A stretch of DNA of 64,000 nt, taken from assembly GCA_964434425.1 (NCBI GenBank), contig CAYSVH010000013.1, positions 13,976 through 77,975 of the forward strand, in the 5' to 3' direction. Shown in pieces: positions 37,226 through 46,368 of the stretch. Source of the stretch: an uncultured Bifidobacteriaceae bacterium. GTDB lineage: Bacteria; Actinomycetota; Thermoleophilia; Miltoncostaeales; Miltoncostaeaceae. The first letter of the stretch is position 1. Each line of letters begins with the position of its first letter. A model generated the notes under the pieces. It worked only from the letters and a program-made list of their open reading frames with translations, searched no databases and had not been told where the DNA came from. The translations under genes and the position numbers were made by a program.

Positions 37226-38011
37226 GTGCGCATCGCCACCTGGAACGTCAACTCGATCCGGTCACGCATCGAACGTCTCGAGGCGTTCCTCGACCGCCAC
37301 GGCATCGACGTGCTCGCCGTGCAGGAGACGAAGGCGAAGGTCGACCAGCTTCCGCGGATGGGGCTGGACGCGCGCGGCTACGAGGTCGCCGCCGTCGGCC
37401 ACGACCAGTGGAACGGCGTCGCACTGATCTCGCGCGTCGGCCTCGACGAGGTACGCATCGGCTTCGACGGAATGCCCGATTTCAACGGCGTCGCCGAGGC
37501 GCGGGCCATCTCGGCCGTCTGCGGCGGCGTGCGGCTGATGAGCGTCTACGTGCCCAACGGTCGTTCGCCCGTCGATCCGCACTACGCCTACAAGCTGGAG
37601 TGGCTCGCACGGCTCCGCGACGCCGTCCAGAGGTGGCGCGACACGCCCGCCGCACTCGTCGGCGATTGGAACATCTGTCCGTTCGACGAGGACTGCTTCG
37701 ACCCGGCCCAGTTCGTCAGGACGACCCATCTCACACCACCCGAACGCGCGGCGTTCTTCGCCATCGAGGCCGACTTCCGTGATGTGGCGCGTCCCTTCAC
37801 GCCGGGCCCGGGGTCCTACACCTACTGGGACTACTACCGGCAGCGCTTCGAACGTAACCGGGGCATGCGCATCGACTTCGTGCTCGGATCGCCGTCGTTC
37901 GCCGAGCGGGTGACCGGTGCCTTCGTCGACCTCGAGGAGCGTGATCCGGCACGGGGTTCGGGGAAGCCGTCGGACCACGCCCCCGTGATCGTGGATCTGG
38001 CCGACGCCTGA
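37226..38011 (+). CDS. xthA: exodeoxyribonuclease III
   Basis: 'MRIATWNVNSIRSR...DVLAVQETK', 'VYVPNG', 'GDWNI', 'SDHAPV'. Confidence 0.9.
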   Translation: MRIATWNVNSIRSRIERLEAFLDRHGIDVLAVQETKAKVDQLPRMGLDARGYEVAAVGHDQWNGVALISRVGLDEVRIGFDGMPDFNGVAEARAISAVCGGVRLMSVYVPNGRSPVDPHYAYKLEWLARLRDAVQRWRDTPAALVGDWNICPFDEDCFDPAQFVRTTHLTPPERAAFFAIEADFRDVARPFTPGPGSYTYWDYYRQRFERNRGMRIDFVLGSPSFAERVTGAFVDLEERDPARGSGKPSDHAPVIVDLADA

Positions 38012-38075
38012 CCCTGCGCGGGTGACTCAGGGTCCGGGGATGAGCCCGGCGACGGAGCGGTGCCGTTCGGAAAGG

Positions 38076-38210
38076 GTGAGGCCGCTGGTGCCAGGCACCA
38101 GCGGCCTCACGCTTCAGCACACGCACCGGACAATCGCCTGGAAATCAGACTGTTCCGTTCTTGGACGCATGCGGGGAGTAGGCCGCCGGTGCCAGGCACC
38201 AGCGGCCTAC
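38076..38210. repeat. family-P composite repeat, copy B, reverse orientation
   Basis: Perfect 35-nt palindrome GTGAGGCCGCTGGTGCC-A-GGCACCAGCGGCCTCAC (38076-38110), a 67-nt linker, then GTAGGCCGCCGGTGCC-A-GGCACCAGCGGCCTAC (38178-38210). The linker is alignable to those of copies A and C. Confidence 0.75.
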
Positions 38211-38311
38211 TTCGATGTCGTGAAAGTCGCCTGTGCGTGCGCCAGCCGGTGCATCCCGTGGATGACGCCGACCTCGGGTGGAGGCGTGCGCGGACCGACT
38301 ACAGTGCGCCC

Positions 38312-39004
38312 GTGAACGTTCCCGCCGTGGAGATGACCGGGGTCTCGCTCCGCCGCGGTGACCGGACCGTGCTGCGCGACGTCGACCTGTCGATCCCGCC
38401 ACGGGGGATCACGGTGCTCGTGGGGCCGTCCGGATCGGGCAAGTCGTCGCTCCTTCGCCTCATGAACCGGCTGGAGGCCCCCGAGACCGGGACGGTGCGC
38501 GTTCTGGGTGCGGACGTCGCGACGCGCGATCCGCTTGCCCTGCGGCGGCAGGTGGGCATGGTGTTCCAGCGCCCCATCCCGTTCGCCGGAACGGTACGCG
38601 ACAACCTCCGGGTGGCCGCCCCCGACGCCCCCGAGGCCGACCTGGTCGACGCCCTCGGACGGGCAGGCCTCGACGGCGGCTTCATCGATCGTGAGGCCAC
38701 GGCGCTGTCCGGGGGCGAGGCCCAGCGCATGTGCCTGGCGCGCTCGCTGGCCGCGGGACCGTCGGTGCTCCTCATGGACGAGCCCACCTCGGCGCTCGAC
38801 GCGGATGCCAGCGCCGTCGTCGAGCGCACCGGGCGGGCGCTGGCCGACGCCGGCGTGCCCCTCATCTGGGTGACGCACGACATGGGCCAGGCCGGGCGCA
38901 TCGCCGACCACGTGGTTCGCCTGAAGGACGGTCGTGTCCTCGCCTCGGGCGCACCGGGCACGGTCCTCGACTCCGATCCGGGGTCGGAGGGCGATGGAGG
39001 GTAA
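38312..39004 (+). CDS. ABC transporter ATP-binding protein (FetA/YbbL-like)
   Basis: 'VLVGPSGSGKSSLLRL', 'LSGGEAQRMCLARSL', 'LLMDEPTSALD'. GTG 38312 or ATG 38333. Confidence 0.85.
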   Translation: MNVPAVEMTGVSLRRGDRTVLRDVDLSIPPRGITVLVGPSGSGKSSLLRLMNRLEAPETGTVRVLGADVATRDPLALRRQVGMVFQRPIPFAGTVRDNLRVAAPDAPEADLVDALGRAGLDGGFIDREATALSGGEAQRMCLARSLAAGPSVLLMDEPTSALDADASAVVERTGRALADAGVPLIWVTHDMGQAGRIADHVVRLKDGRVLASGAPGTVLDSDPGSEGDGG

Positions 39005-39848
39005 CGTCGGCTGGTGGGGCCTCGCGGCCTCGCTCCTCCTCGTCGTCATCGCCATCGCGATCTCACGGCGATATCGCCTAGGGCTCGAACTCTCGATGGT
39101 CGGTGCCACGGCGCGCGCCGTGGTCCAGCTGGTTCTCGTCGGCGCGGCCCTCGGGCTCATCATCGACGACGACCGCCCCCTCATCCTGTCGTGGCTATGG
39201 GTGGCGGGGATCGTGGTGGTGGCGTCGTGGGTCGTCCGGCGACGCGCACCTGAGCTCCCCGGCGTCTTCACCGTGGCGCTCATCGCGAACGTGGTCACAG
39301 CCGCCGTGTCGGCCGCACTGATCTTCGGGCTCGACATCTTCCCGCTGGAAGCCCGCACACTCATCCCCGTGATGGGCATGACGCTCGGCAACGCCCTCAC
39401 CTCGACGGTTGTCGCCGCCACCCTCCTGGTGCGCGAGGTGGCCGACAGGCGCGACGACATCGAGGCGCGCCTCGCCCTCGGCCTGCCGTGGCAGGCCGCC
39501 ATGAGGCCGCATCAGCGCGACATCCTCCGCGCCGCGATCGGCCCGCAGGTCGAGCGGACGCGCCACGTCGGCACCGTGTTCCTCCCCGGCGCCATGGTGG
39601 GCCTCGTGATGGCCGGGGTCGACCCGCTCGACGCCGTCCTCGTGCAGGGGGCGCTGATGTTCGTGATCCTCGGCGGCGTCGCAACCAGCACCGCGGCCAT
39701 CACCCTGGGTGCCTCGCGGCGGCTCTTCACCTCGGATCATCGTCTGCGTCCGCTGACGCGGGGCACGGGCACCGCACCCGAGGACATGCTGCTCGAACGG
39801 GTCCTGGGCGTGCTCGGACGGGGGAGGAGCAGGGCCGGGGCCGCGTGA
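38994..39848 (+). CDS. ABC transporter permease (FetB/YbbM, UPF0014 family)
   Basis: The ATG overlaps the ATPase 3' end. Multi-TM protein. 'RRYRLGLELSMVGATARAVVQLVLVG' is typical of the family. Confidence 0.8.
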   Translation: MEGNVGWWGLAASLLLVVIAIAISRRYRLGLELSMVGATARAVVQLVLVGAALGLIIDDDRPLILSWLWVAGIVVVASWVVRRRAPELPGVFTVALIANVVTAAVSAALIFGLDIFPLEARTLIPVMGMTLGNALTSTVVAATLLVREVADRRDDIEARLALGLPWQAAMRPHQRDILRAAIGPQVERTRHVGTVFLPGAMVGLVMAGVDPLDAVLVQGALMFVILGGVATSTAAITLGASRRLFTSDHRLRPLTRGTGTAPEDMLLERVLGVLGRGRSRAGAA

Positions 39849-39929
39849 TCTCCGGGGGCGTCGCCCGAGTGGACAACAACCTGACCAATGATGGTTGACC
39901 AACAATGGTCACGAACCTAGTATGCGGCC

Positions 39930-40160
39930 ATGGACGTCGTGAAGGTGCAGCACGCCAAGACCCATCTCTCGTCGCTTCTGGTCGCGGTGGAGAGAGGCGA
40001 AGAGTTCGTCATCGCCCGCGGAGATGTGCCGGTGGCACGACTGGTCCCGATCGACGGGGCGGGGGAACGGGAACTCGGTTTCATGACCTTCGAGTTGCCC
40101 GACACGTTCTTCGACCCGCTGCCCGACGAGGAGGTCGCCGGCTGGGAGGGGTCGGCCTGA
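39930..40160 (+). CDS. Phd/YefM-family type II antitoxin
   Basis: 'MDVVKVQHAKTHLSSLLVAVERGEEFVIARGDVPVARLVPI'. Confidence 0.8.
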   Translation: MDVVKVQHAKTHLSSLLVAVERGEEFVIARGDVPVARLVPIDGAGERELGFMTFELPDTFFDPLPDEEVAGWEGSA

Positions 40161-40549
40161 CCGGCTATCTGCTCGACACGCATACGGTGATCTGGGCCCT
40201 GGCGGATCCCTCACGCCTCGGTCGGGCGGGCCGGACGGTCATCGCCGATCGTGGGTCGCGCCTCGTCGTCTCGGCCGCGTCCGCCTGGGAGATCGCGACC
40301 AAGCACCGGATCGGCAAGCTCCCCAACTGGGAGGTGTTCCGCGGCGGCTATCCGCGAAACCTGGATCGCCTCGGAGTCGATCGGCTGGCGGTGACCGACG
40401 AGCACGGTCTGGTCAGCGGTGCCCTCGACTGGGCACACCGCGACCCGTTCGACCGGATGCTCGCCGCGCAGGCGATGATCGAGTCGATGACCCTCATCAC
40501 GAACGACGCGGTCTTCGACGACCTCCCCGGTCTGCGGACGATGTGGTGA
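40157..40549 (+). CDS. vapC: PIN-domain toxin (VapC-like), apparently intact
   Basis: 'YLLDTHTVIWAL...SAASAWEIATKHRIGKL...HRDPFDRMLAAQAMIESMTLITNDAVF'. No ATG/GTG/TTG at the expected position; CTG 40157 overlaps the antitoxin stop, so the start is uncertain. Confidence 0.7.
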   Translation: MTGYLLDTHTVIWALADPSRLGRAGRTVIADRGSRLVVSAASAWEIATKHRIGKLPNWEVFRGGYPRNLDRLGVDRLAVTDEHGLVSGALDWAHRDPFDRMLAAQAMIESMTLITNDAVFDDLPGLRTMW

Positions 40550-40675
40550 TGCCCGAATCCCCCCACTCGGCGCCGGTTGGCCGCCGGTCAACTCCCGGTA
40601 AAGGCACGGTCCGGTTCGGGTAAAGGCCCGGATTCACCCGTAGCGATGCCGTGACGCCGACGGCATTGTCGCCGT

Positions 40676-40990
40676 ATGAACGGCATGAACACAGACATCG
40701 ACCCCCCGGTCACCTCGGCGCCCGCACGCGCCATCCTTCTGCTCAGTCTGGGGCTTCTCGTCGTCGGTTTCGCACTCCGGCTCCTGTCCGTGGGTGAGGC
40801 CGTCGTCCGCGGGTCCGTCCGGCTCGTCGCCGGCGCAGGCCGCACCGTCCGCGCCGGGCTCGGGTCCGCCGCCGCCGGTATCCGACGGGGTGTGCGCACG
40901 GTGAACCGCCACCGCACCGCGGCGGCATGCGTGGCCGCCGCGCCGATCGTCGGAGGTCTCGCGGTCACCGCCTACGCGGCGATCGGCTGA
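40676..40990 (+). CDS. hypothetical membrane protein
   Basis: 104 aa with TM segments 'AILLLSLGLLVVGFALRLL' and 'AAAPIVGGLAVTAYAAI'. Confidence 0.5.
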   Translation: MNGMNTDIDPPVTSAPARAILLLSLGLLVVGFALRLLSVGEAVVRGSVRLVAGAGRTVRAGLGSAAAGIRRGVRTVNRHRTAAACVAAAPIVGGLAVTAYAAIG

Positions 40991-41131
40991 GTTCGGACCG
41001 GGCGTGATGAACGTGTGCTGCCGCGGCGGCTCCGGTCCCGCTTTCGACCGCCGGGGCCGGGTGCGTCGCGCCTCTCCGGGGTGTAGACCTCCCGTCGTGA
41101 TCTCGCTCCCACCCACCCGGACCAGGCGTCC

Positions 41132-41455
41132 ATGACCACATCCGACTCACTTTCCGAGCAGTCCTCCGACTCCGAGGCGCGCCGCAGGCGCTCACCCCTC
41201 GTCGCCTCCTCTCTCGTCATCGCGGCGGCGGGAGCGATCTGGCTCGTCGTCGACGCGATGACGGGTGGGTCCGGCGTCTGCGGTGCGGACGGAACGAGGG
41301 GGCCGGCACCGTGGCGGTCGCCCTCTCATCGGCGGCGACCTTCTGTGGCCTGGTGCTGATCACCCTGCGCCGGCGGTTCGTGGGATTGATCGTGGCGGTG
41401 GCGAGCGGTGGCCTGGCGCTGCTGCTCCTGCTCGCGCCGGCATGCCTGGGCTGAC
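41132..41455 (+). pseudogene. small 3-TM membrane protein apparently interrupted by a 1-nt frameshift (or sequencing error)
   Basis: The N-terminal part ('...LVASSLVIAAAGAIWLVVDAMTGG') is in frame with 41132. The C-terminal part ('VAVALSSAATFCGLVLITLRRRFVGLIVAVASGGLALLLLLAPACLG*') is in the -1 frame. The switch lies near the G5 run at 41298-41302. Confidence 0.35.
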
Positions 41456-41461
41456 CGCCTC

Positions 41462-42235
41462 TCAGGGGCGGGGCAGCGCCGCCAGTGCGTCCGTCGTCGG
41501 GCCCTTCGGGTCGAACTCCAGGCCCATCGCACCGTCGTAACCCACCTCGTCCAGCACCGCCAGGATCGCGCGGAGGTCCACGTCGCCGGTGCCCGGTGCA
41601 CCCCGCCCCGGACAGTCGGCGTACTGGACGTGGCCGATCCGATCGGCGTGGCGACGGATGGTGGATACGGGGTCGTCGCCGGACATGGCGCAGTGGTACA
41701 CGTCAAACAGCATCCGGACGCTCGGGTGGTCGATCAGGTCGAGGAGCACGGCCACGTCGTCGGCGCGCGGTGTCAGATAGCGGGGGACGTCCACGGCGTT
41801 GATCGGCTCGATGACCACGACCGCGTCGTGGATGGCGGCCAGGTCGCCCAGCTGCCGGTAGACCTGGGTCGCCTGTTCAAGCTGCGCCTGCACCGGCCGG
41901 TCGTCGACGCGCAGACCCGGGAGGATGTTGACGCAGGGGGCGTTCACCCGTGCCGTCACCGCGAAGGCGCCCATCCCGGCCCGGACCGCATCATCGTGAC
42001 GCTCGGCCAGGTTGCAGAAGCCGCGTTCGCCCCGGGCGATGTCACCGCCGTCCGCGTTCAGGCAGCTGACGGAAACACCGGCATCGGCGACGGCGTCCAC
42101 CCAGGCGTCGATGTCGGGCGCGGGCGGCCACCACGACTCGACGTGGGTGAAACCGGCGTCGGCCGCTGCGCGTGGCCGGTCGACCTCGGGGAGCTCGGTG
42201 AAGAGCATCGAGAGATGGGCGGACAGGTGCGTCAT
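41462..42235 (-). CDS. hydroxypyruvate isomerase-family TIM-barrel protein
   Basis: 'LSAHLSMLFTELPEVDRPRAAADAGFTHVESWWP' and overall xylose-isomerase-like barrel pattern. Confidence 0.8.
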   Translation of the reverse strand: MTHLSAHLSMLFTELPEVDRPRAAADAGFTHVESWWPPAPDIDAWVDAVADAGVSVSCLNADGGDIARGERGFCNLAERHDDAVRAGMGAFAVTARVNAPCVNILPGLRVDDRPVQAQLEQATQVYRQLGDLAAIHDAVVVIEPINAVDVPRYLTPRADDVAVLLDLIDHPSVRMLFDVYHCAMSGDDPVSTIRRHADRIGHVQYADCPGRGAPGTGDVDLRAILAVLDEVGYDGAMGLEFDPKGPTTDALAALPRP

Positions 42236-43116
42236 TCGCCGGTCGAGCGCAGCCGGGACCGCCGCCGCGTGATCTCGCGTCCCTGCGCCAGGGCGTCACC
42301 GCGAAGCGTGGCGACGGCGTCGGCGTTCGCGGTCGTCCACTCCTGCAGGGGCTCACCGGCCGCCGCCGGCTCCGTGATCGACGCGGGCGCCGCCGACGCC
42401 GTCGCGAGGTGGGGGAAGAGCCCGTCGCAGATGCGCGCGAAGGTGGTGAGCCCGCCCAGGTCCGCCGTGGCCAGCGGCCCCGCCGCCATCCAGCGCGGTG
42501 CCAGCCCGTCGGCGACCGCCGCGTCGATGTCCTCGGCGCTCGCGACCCCCTCCTCCAGCATGTGGAGACACTCGCGGAGCATCGCGAACTGCAGCCGGTT
42601 CCAGATGAAGCCCGGCACGTCCCGCTGAGCGACGAGTGCCGCCTTGCCCATCGCGGCCGCCACCTCACGCAGGAACGTCACCGTCGTGTCGTCGGTGTCG
42701 GGGCCGGGGATGATCTCGACCACGCCCGTCTGGTGGGCGGGCTTCAGGAAGTGCAACCCGGCGAAGCGCTCGGGGCGGTCGAACCCCTGCGCCAGCTCGG
42801 CGATGGTGAGACTGGAGGTGTTGGTCGCGATGATCGCCTTGGGATGACACCAGGGTTCGATCCTGCGGAAGAGGCCGAGCTTGGTCGCCGCGTCCTCCAC
42901 GATCGTCTCGATGACGAGGTCCGCCTCGGCGAAGGTGTCCTGGTTGATCGCCGCCGGGGGTACGGGCGTCCCGCCGGCGAGCACGGTTGCACGCCGGGCC
43001 CCGGCGTCCCGGTTGAGCGGGATGCGGCCCGCCAGGCGAACGTTCCAGCCGGCCATTCCGAGGGCCGCGGCGATCTCGGGACCCATGGCCCCGGTGCCGA
43101 CGACGACCGCGTTCAC
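42232..43116 (-). CDS. 3-hydroxyacyl-CoA dehydrogenase family protein
   Basis: 'VVVGTGAMGPEIAAAL' Rossmann motif, 'ATNTSSL', 'GLHFLKPAH', 'PGFIWNRL'. Overlaps the downstream gene by 4 nt. Confidence 0.85.
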   Translation of the reverse strand: MNAVVVGTGAMGPEIAAALGMAGWNVRLAGRIPLNRDAGARRATVLAGGTPVPPAAINQDTFAEADLVIETIVEDAATKLGLFRRIEPWCHPKAIIATNTSSLTIAELAQGFDRPERFAGLHFLKPAHQTGVVEIIPGPDTDDTTVTFLREVAAAMGKAALVAQRDVPGFIWNRLQFAMLRECLHMLEEGVASAEDIDAAVADGLAPRWMAAGPLATADLGGLTTFARICDGLFPHLATASAAPASITEPAAAGEPLQEWTTANADAVATLRGDALAQGREITRRRSRLRSTGE

Positions 43117-43514
43117 GTGGCGCGTGCCAGCCGCAGCTCCATGACCCGCTGCAGGAGCTTCACCACCGTGGGGTCGCCGGTGACGCGGACGATGCCGCGC
43201 TCGTGCGCCGCCACCCAGTCGCCGAGCTTCGCCTTCTCGGCCAGCTGGTTGAACGCCTTCCGGTCCATCTCGATGTCGAGCTTCGCGTCGGCCGCCGGAT
43301 CGCGCTTCGCCTCGAGGCCGGGTAGCGTCACCGTCCAGGCAGCGGTGCCGCCGCGTTCGCGCAGATGGACGCCGACGGTGATCGCCAGCTTCTTGAGGGC
43401 GGGAACCTGGGCGATGAACCTAGCCGCGGCTTCCTCGAGCATGGTCTTCGTGTCGGTGGTCGCCATGGCCGGATTGTCGCAGACGTCGACCCCCGGGGTC
43501 GGGCACCGCGTCAC
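43113..43514 (-). CDS. SCP2 sterol-carrier-like domain protein
   Basis: 133 aa. '...[19 protein letters not shown]...[45 protein letters not shown]' fits the SCP2 pattern. Confidence 0.55.
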   Translation of the reverse strand: MTRCPTPGVDVCDNPAMATTDTKTMLEEAAARFIAQVPALKKLAITVGVHLRERGGTAAWTVTLPGLEAKRDPAADAKLDIEMDRKAFNQLAEKAKLGDWVAAHERGIVRVTGDPTVVKLLQRVMELRLARAT

Positions 43515-43672
43515 CCGTCGTGCGGGGGGGTGACGCGGCGGAGGTTTCGCCTCGTCGCGCGCGTCCTCCGACCACCTCTGCCGCGAATGGTGTGCCCGAT
43601 TGGCGGAGCGCGGCCCTTCGCGGGGGATCTGGTAATGTCCATCGGCCCGTCACCGGACTGGAGGAGCGACGC

Positions 43673-43837
43673 TTGGGCAAGACCGGCCAGCGAATCGCCG
43701 TCACGCTTGCATGTCAGGACTGCAAGCGACGGAACTATCAAAGCAATAAGAGCCGACGGAACACGCCCGACCGCGTCGAGCTCTCGAAGTACTGCCGTTG
43801 GTGCGGAAAGCACACGGCGCACAAGGAAACGAGATAG
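43673..43837 (+). CDS. rpmG: 50S ribosomal protein L33
   Basis: TTG start 7 nt after GGAGGAG. '[48 protein letters not shown]' (Zn-ribbon type). Confidence 0.9.
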   Translation: MGKTGQRIAVTLACQDCKRRNYQSNKSRRNTPDRVELSKYCRWCGKHTAHKETR

Positions 43838-43849
43838 GACGACTCACGA

Positions 43850-43922
43850 AGGGTCGTAGCTCAACTGGTAGAGCACCGGTCTCCAAAACCGGGGGTTGGG
43901 GGTTCGAGTCCCTCCGGCCCTG
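43850..43922 (+). tRNA. tRNA-Trp: tRNA-Trp (anticodon CCA)
   Basis: Hand-folded: AGGGTCG/CGGCCCT acceptor, GCTC/GAGC D stem, CCGGT-CTCCAAA-ACCGG anticodon arm, GGGGG-TTCGAGT-CCCTC T arm. 73 nt. Confidence 0.95.
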
Positions 43923-43944
43923 CCTCGTTTGACACCCCGATCAC

Positions 43945-44292
43945 ATGGCACGTAAACGCGACAGGAACACACGAGACGAGGGAGCCAAGGGCTCCTCGTC
44001 GGGCAAGGCCAAGGGTTCATCGCGCCCTCCGGCCAAGTCGGCGCGCGTGCGCCCGACCCCTGGCGGCAAGAGCCAGAAGGCCGGCTCCTACACGAAGGAC
44101 GTCCAGCAGGGCCGCTCGCGCCGCTTCGTGACCGAGGTCGTCGCGGAGATGAAGAAGGTCAGCTGGCCCACCCGCGTCGAGCTGCTTCAGGCGACCCTCG
44201 TCGTCATCGTGGCCGTCGCGATCATGGCCGTGTTCCTGGGGGGCGCCGACGTTGTCTCCGAGTTCCTCACCGACCGGATCTTCCCCAATTAA
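43945..44292 (+). CDS. secE: preprotein translocase subunit SecE
   Basis: Lys/Arg-rich N-terminus, then 'FVTEVVAEMKKVSWPTRVELLQATLVVIVAVAIMAVFLG'. Conserved position between tRNA-Trp and nusG. Confidence 0.9.
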   Translation: MARKRDRNTRDEGAKGSSSGKAKGSSRPPAKSARVRPTPGGKSQKAGSYTKDVQQGRSRRFVTEVVAEMKKVSWPTRVELLQATLVVIVAVAIMAVFLGGADVVSEFLTDRIFPN

Positions 44293-44458
44293 GATGGCTG
44301 ACTCCACGGTCTCGCGGTGTGGTGCACGTCCCCGGCGGTGCGAGTGCGCCACCGGACGTATCGGAGAGGACACCACCCCGTCTTTCGGCGTCCGGCGGCG
44401 CCCCGCACCCACCGTTGACGCCGCCCACATCCACGATTCCATGGCATCAACCTTCTAG
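44293..44458 (+). repeat. family-E structured repeat, copy E1 (contains an open 54-codon frame 44294-44458)
   Basis: Begins 1 nt after the secE TAA. About 82% identical, without indels, to 46203-46368, and homologous to the reverse complement of 62984-63121. 17-nt terminal inverted repeat and internal hairpins. Confidence 0.8.
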
Positions 44459-44477
44459 CCAAAGGGCTCATTCCGCT

Positions 44478-45002
44478 TTGTTCCACTGGTACGTCATCAA
44501 CACCTACTCCGGCCATGAGGCCAAGGTGAAGCACAACCTGCAGCACCGGATCGTTTCCGCCGGACAGGGCCACATGGTGCGTCAGATCGTGATCCCGACC
44601 GAGCAGGTCGTCGAGACGAAGGACGGCCAGAAGGTCCAGTCCGAGCGCCGTGTTCTGCCGGGATACGTGCTGGTCCAGATGCAGATGACCGACGACTCCT
44701 GGTCGCTCGTCAAGAACACGCCCGGCGTCACCGGCTTTGTCGGCGCCGCCAACACTCCCGCGCCCCTCACGCGTGAGGAGGTCGACCACCTCCTCCGGAC
44801 GCCGACCGAGCAGAAGACCCGCGTCCGCGCGGACTTCGAGATCGGCGAGACCGTCAAGGTCATCGCGGGCCCGCTCTCCGACTTCTCCGGCGAGATCGCC
44901 GAGATCTCGCCGGAGCAGGGTCGCCTCAAGGTGCTCGTCAGCATCTTCGGGCGCGAGACCCCGGCCGAACTCAACTTCGACCAGGTCAAGAAGCTGTCGT
45001 AA
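44478..45002 (+). CDS. nusG: transcription termination/antitermination factor NusG
   Basis: TTG 44478 gives '[20 protein letters not shown]...' (canonical NGN start). KOW '[24 protein letters not shown]'. The longer ORF from 44319 runs through repeat E1 and is rejected. Confidence 0.85.
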   Translation: MFHWYVINTYSGHEAKVKHNLQHRIVSAGQGHMVRQIVIPTEQVVETKDGQKVQSERRVLPGYVLVQMQMTDDSWSLVKNTPGVTGFVGAANTPAPLTREEVDHLLRTPTEQKTRVRADFEIGETVKVIAGPLSDFSGEIAEISPEQGRLKVLVSIFGRETPAELNFDQVKKLS

Positions 45003-45045
45003 CCACCGTGCCCCGGTCGCCGGGGCGCTCGATCGAGGAACACGA

Positions 45046-45474
45046 ATGGCCAAGAAGGTCGCGCAAATCGTCAAGCTGCAGATCCCCGGAGGGGCCGCCA
45101 CCCCGGCGCCGCCGGTCGGTCCTGCGCTGGGTGGCGCGGGCATCAACATCCCGGAGTTCTGCAAGGCGTTCAACGAGCGCACGCAGTCGAACGCCGGAAC
45201 CATCATCCCGGTCGAGATCTCGGTCTTCGAGGATCGCTCCTTCACCTTCATCACGAAGACCCCGCCGGCCGCGGTCCTCATCAAGCAGGCGCTCGGGATC
45301 GACAAGGGCTCCGCGGAGCCGCACAAGGTCAAGGTCGCCGAGCTCAGTCAGGATCAGCTCCGTCAGATCGCCGAGACGAAGCTCCCGGACCTGAACGCCA
45401 ACGACATCGACGCCGCGATGCGGATCATCGCCGGTACCGCCCGCAGCATGGGCATCACCGTCGCAGCACAGTAA
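45046..45474 (+). CDS. rplK: 50S ribosomal protein L11
   Basis: '[41 protein letters not shown]'. Confidence 0.95.
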   Translation: MAKKVAQIVKLQIPGGAATPAPPVGPALGGAGINIPEFCKAFNERTQSNAGTIIPVEISVFEDRSFTFITKTPPAAVLIKQALGIDKGSAEPHKVKVAELSQDQLRQIAETKLPDLNANDIDAAMRIIAGTARSMGITVAAQ

Positions 45475-45494
45475 GAACGAGGAACTCAGAGAGA

Positions 45495-46202
45495 ATGCCC
45501 AAGCACGGAAAGAAGTACCGCCAGGCCGCCGAGGCCATCGAGCCCGGTGTGGCCTACAGCTCGCGTGATGCCGTCCGTCTTCTCAAGGCGCACGAGCTGA
45601 CGCGCTTCGACGCCACCGTCGAGGTCCACTTCCGCCTCGGTGTCAACGTCCGCCACGCCGACCAGCAGCTGCGCGGCACCATCGCGCTCCCCCACGGGAC
45701 CGGCCGCAGCGTCATCGTCGCGGTGTTCGCCGAGGGTGAGAAGGCGCGCGAGGCCGAGGCCGCGGGTGCGGAGGTCGTCGGCGGCGCCGATCTGGCCAAG
45801 CGCATCCAGGAGGGCTTCCTGGACTTCGACATCGTCATCGCCACTCCCGACATGATGGGCGAGGTCGGAAAGCTCGGCCGCGTCCTGGGTCCGGCCGGCA
45901 AGATGCCGAACCCCAAGACCGGCACCGTGACGTTCGACGTGGCGAAGGCCGTCGAGGACGTCAAGGGCGGAAAGGTCGAGTACCGCACGGACCGCACCGG
46001 CATCGTGCACCTCGGCATCGGCAAGTTCTCGTTCTCCGAGGACCAGCTGGTCGACAACTACCAGGCCGTGCTCGACGAGATCATGCGCGCCAAGCCGGCC
46101 GCCGCGAAGGGCCGCTACCTGCGGTCGATCACCCTCACCCAGACGATGGGGCCGGGCATCCCGATCGACACCGCGCAGACCGCCGAAGGAGTGGCCGCCT
46201 AA
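45495..46202 (+). CDS. rplA: 50S ribosomal protein L1
   Basis: '[33 protein letters not shown]...[33 protein letters not shown]'. Confidence 0.95.
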   Translation: MPKHGKKYRQAAEAIEPGVAYSSRDAVRLLKAHELTRFDATVEVHFRLGVNVRHADQQLRGTIALPHGTGRSVIVAVFAEGEKAREAEAAGAEVVGGADLAKRIQEGFLDFDIVIATPDMMGEVGKLGRVLGPAGKMPNPKTGTVTFDVAKAVEDVKGGKVEYRTDRTGIVHLGIGKFSFSEDQLVDNYQAVLDEIMRAKPAAAKGRYLRSITLTQTMGPGIPIDTAQTAEGVAA

Positions 46203-46368
46203 GATGGGCGATTCCACGGTCTCGCTGCGTGGTGCACGTCCCCGGCGGCGCGGATGCGCCACCGGGCGACCTGGAAAGGACACCGCCCTGTCCTTCGGCG
46301 CCCGGCGACGCCCCGCATCCACCGTGGCCGCACCCCACATCCACGATCCCATGGAGTCGCCCATCTAG
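46203..46368 (+). repeat. family-E structured repeat, copy E2 (open 54-codon frame 46204-46368)
   Basis: Begins 1 nt after the rplA TAA. Near-perfect 17-nt terminal inverted repeat GATGGGCGATTCCACGG ... CCATGGAGTCGCCCATC. Ends with TAG. Confidence 0.8.

Noticed and set aside
44319-44477. Long N-terminal extension of NusG (start at 44319, 'MVHVPGG...')
   Set aside because: The same 'MVHVPGG...' frame appears upstream of rplJ inside repeat E2, so it is a property of the repeat and not of NusG. The conserved NGN domain starts at TTG 44478.
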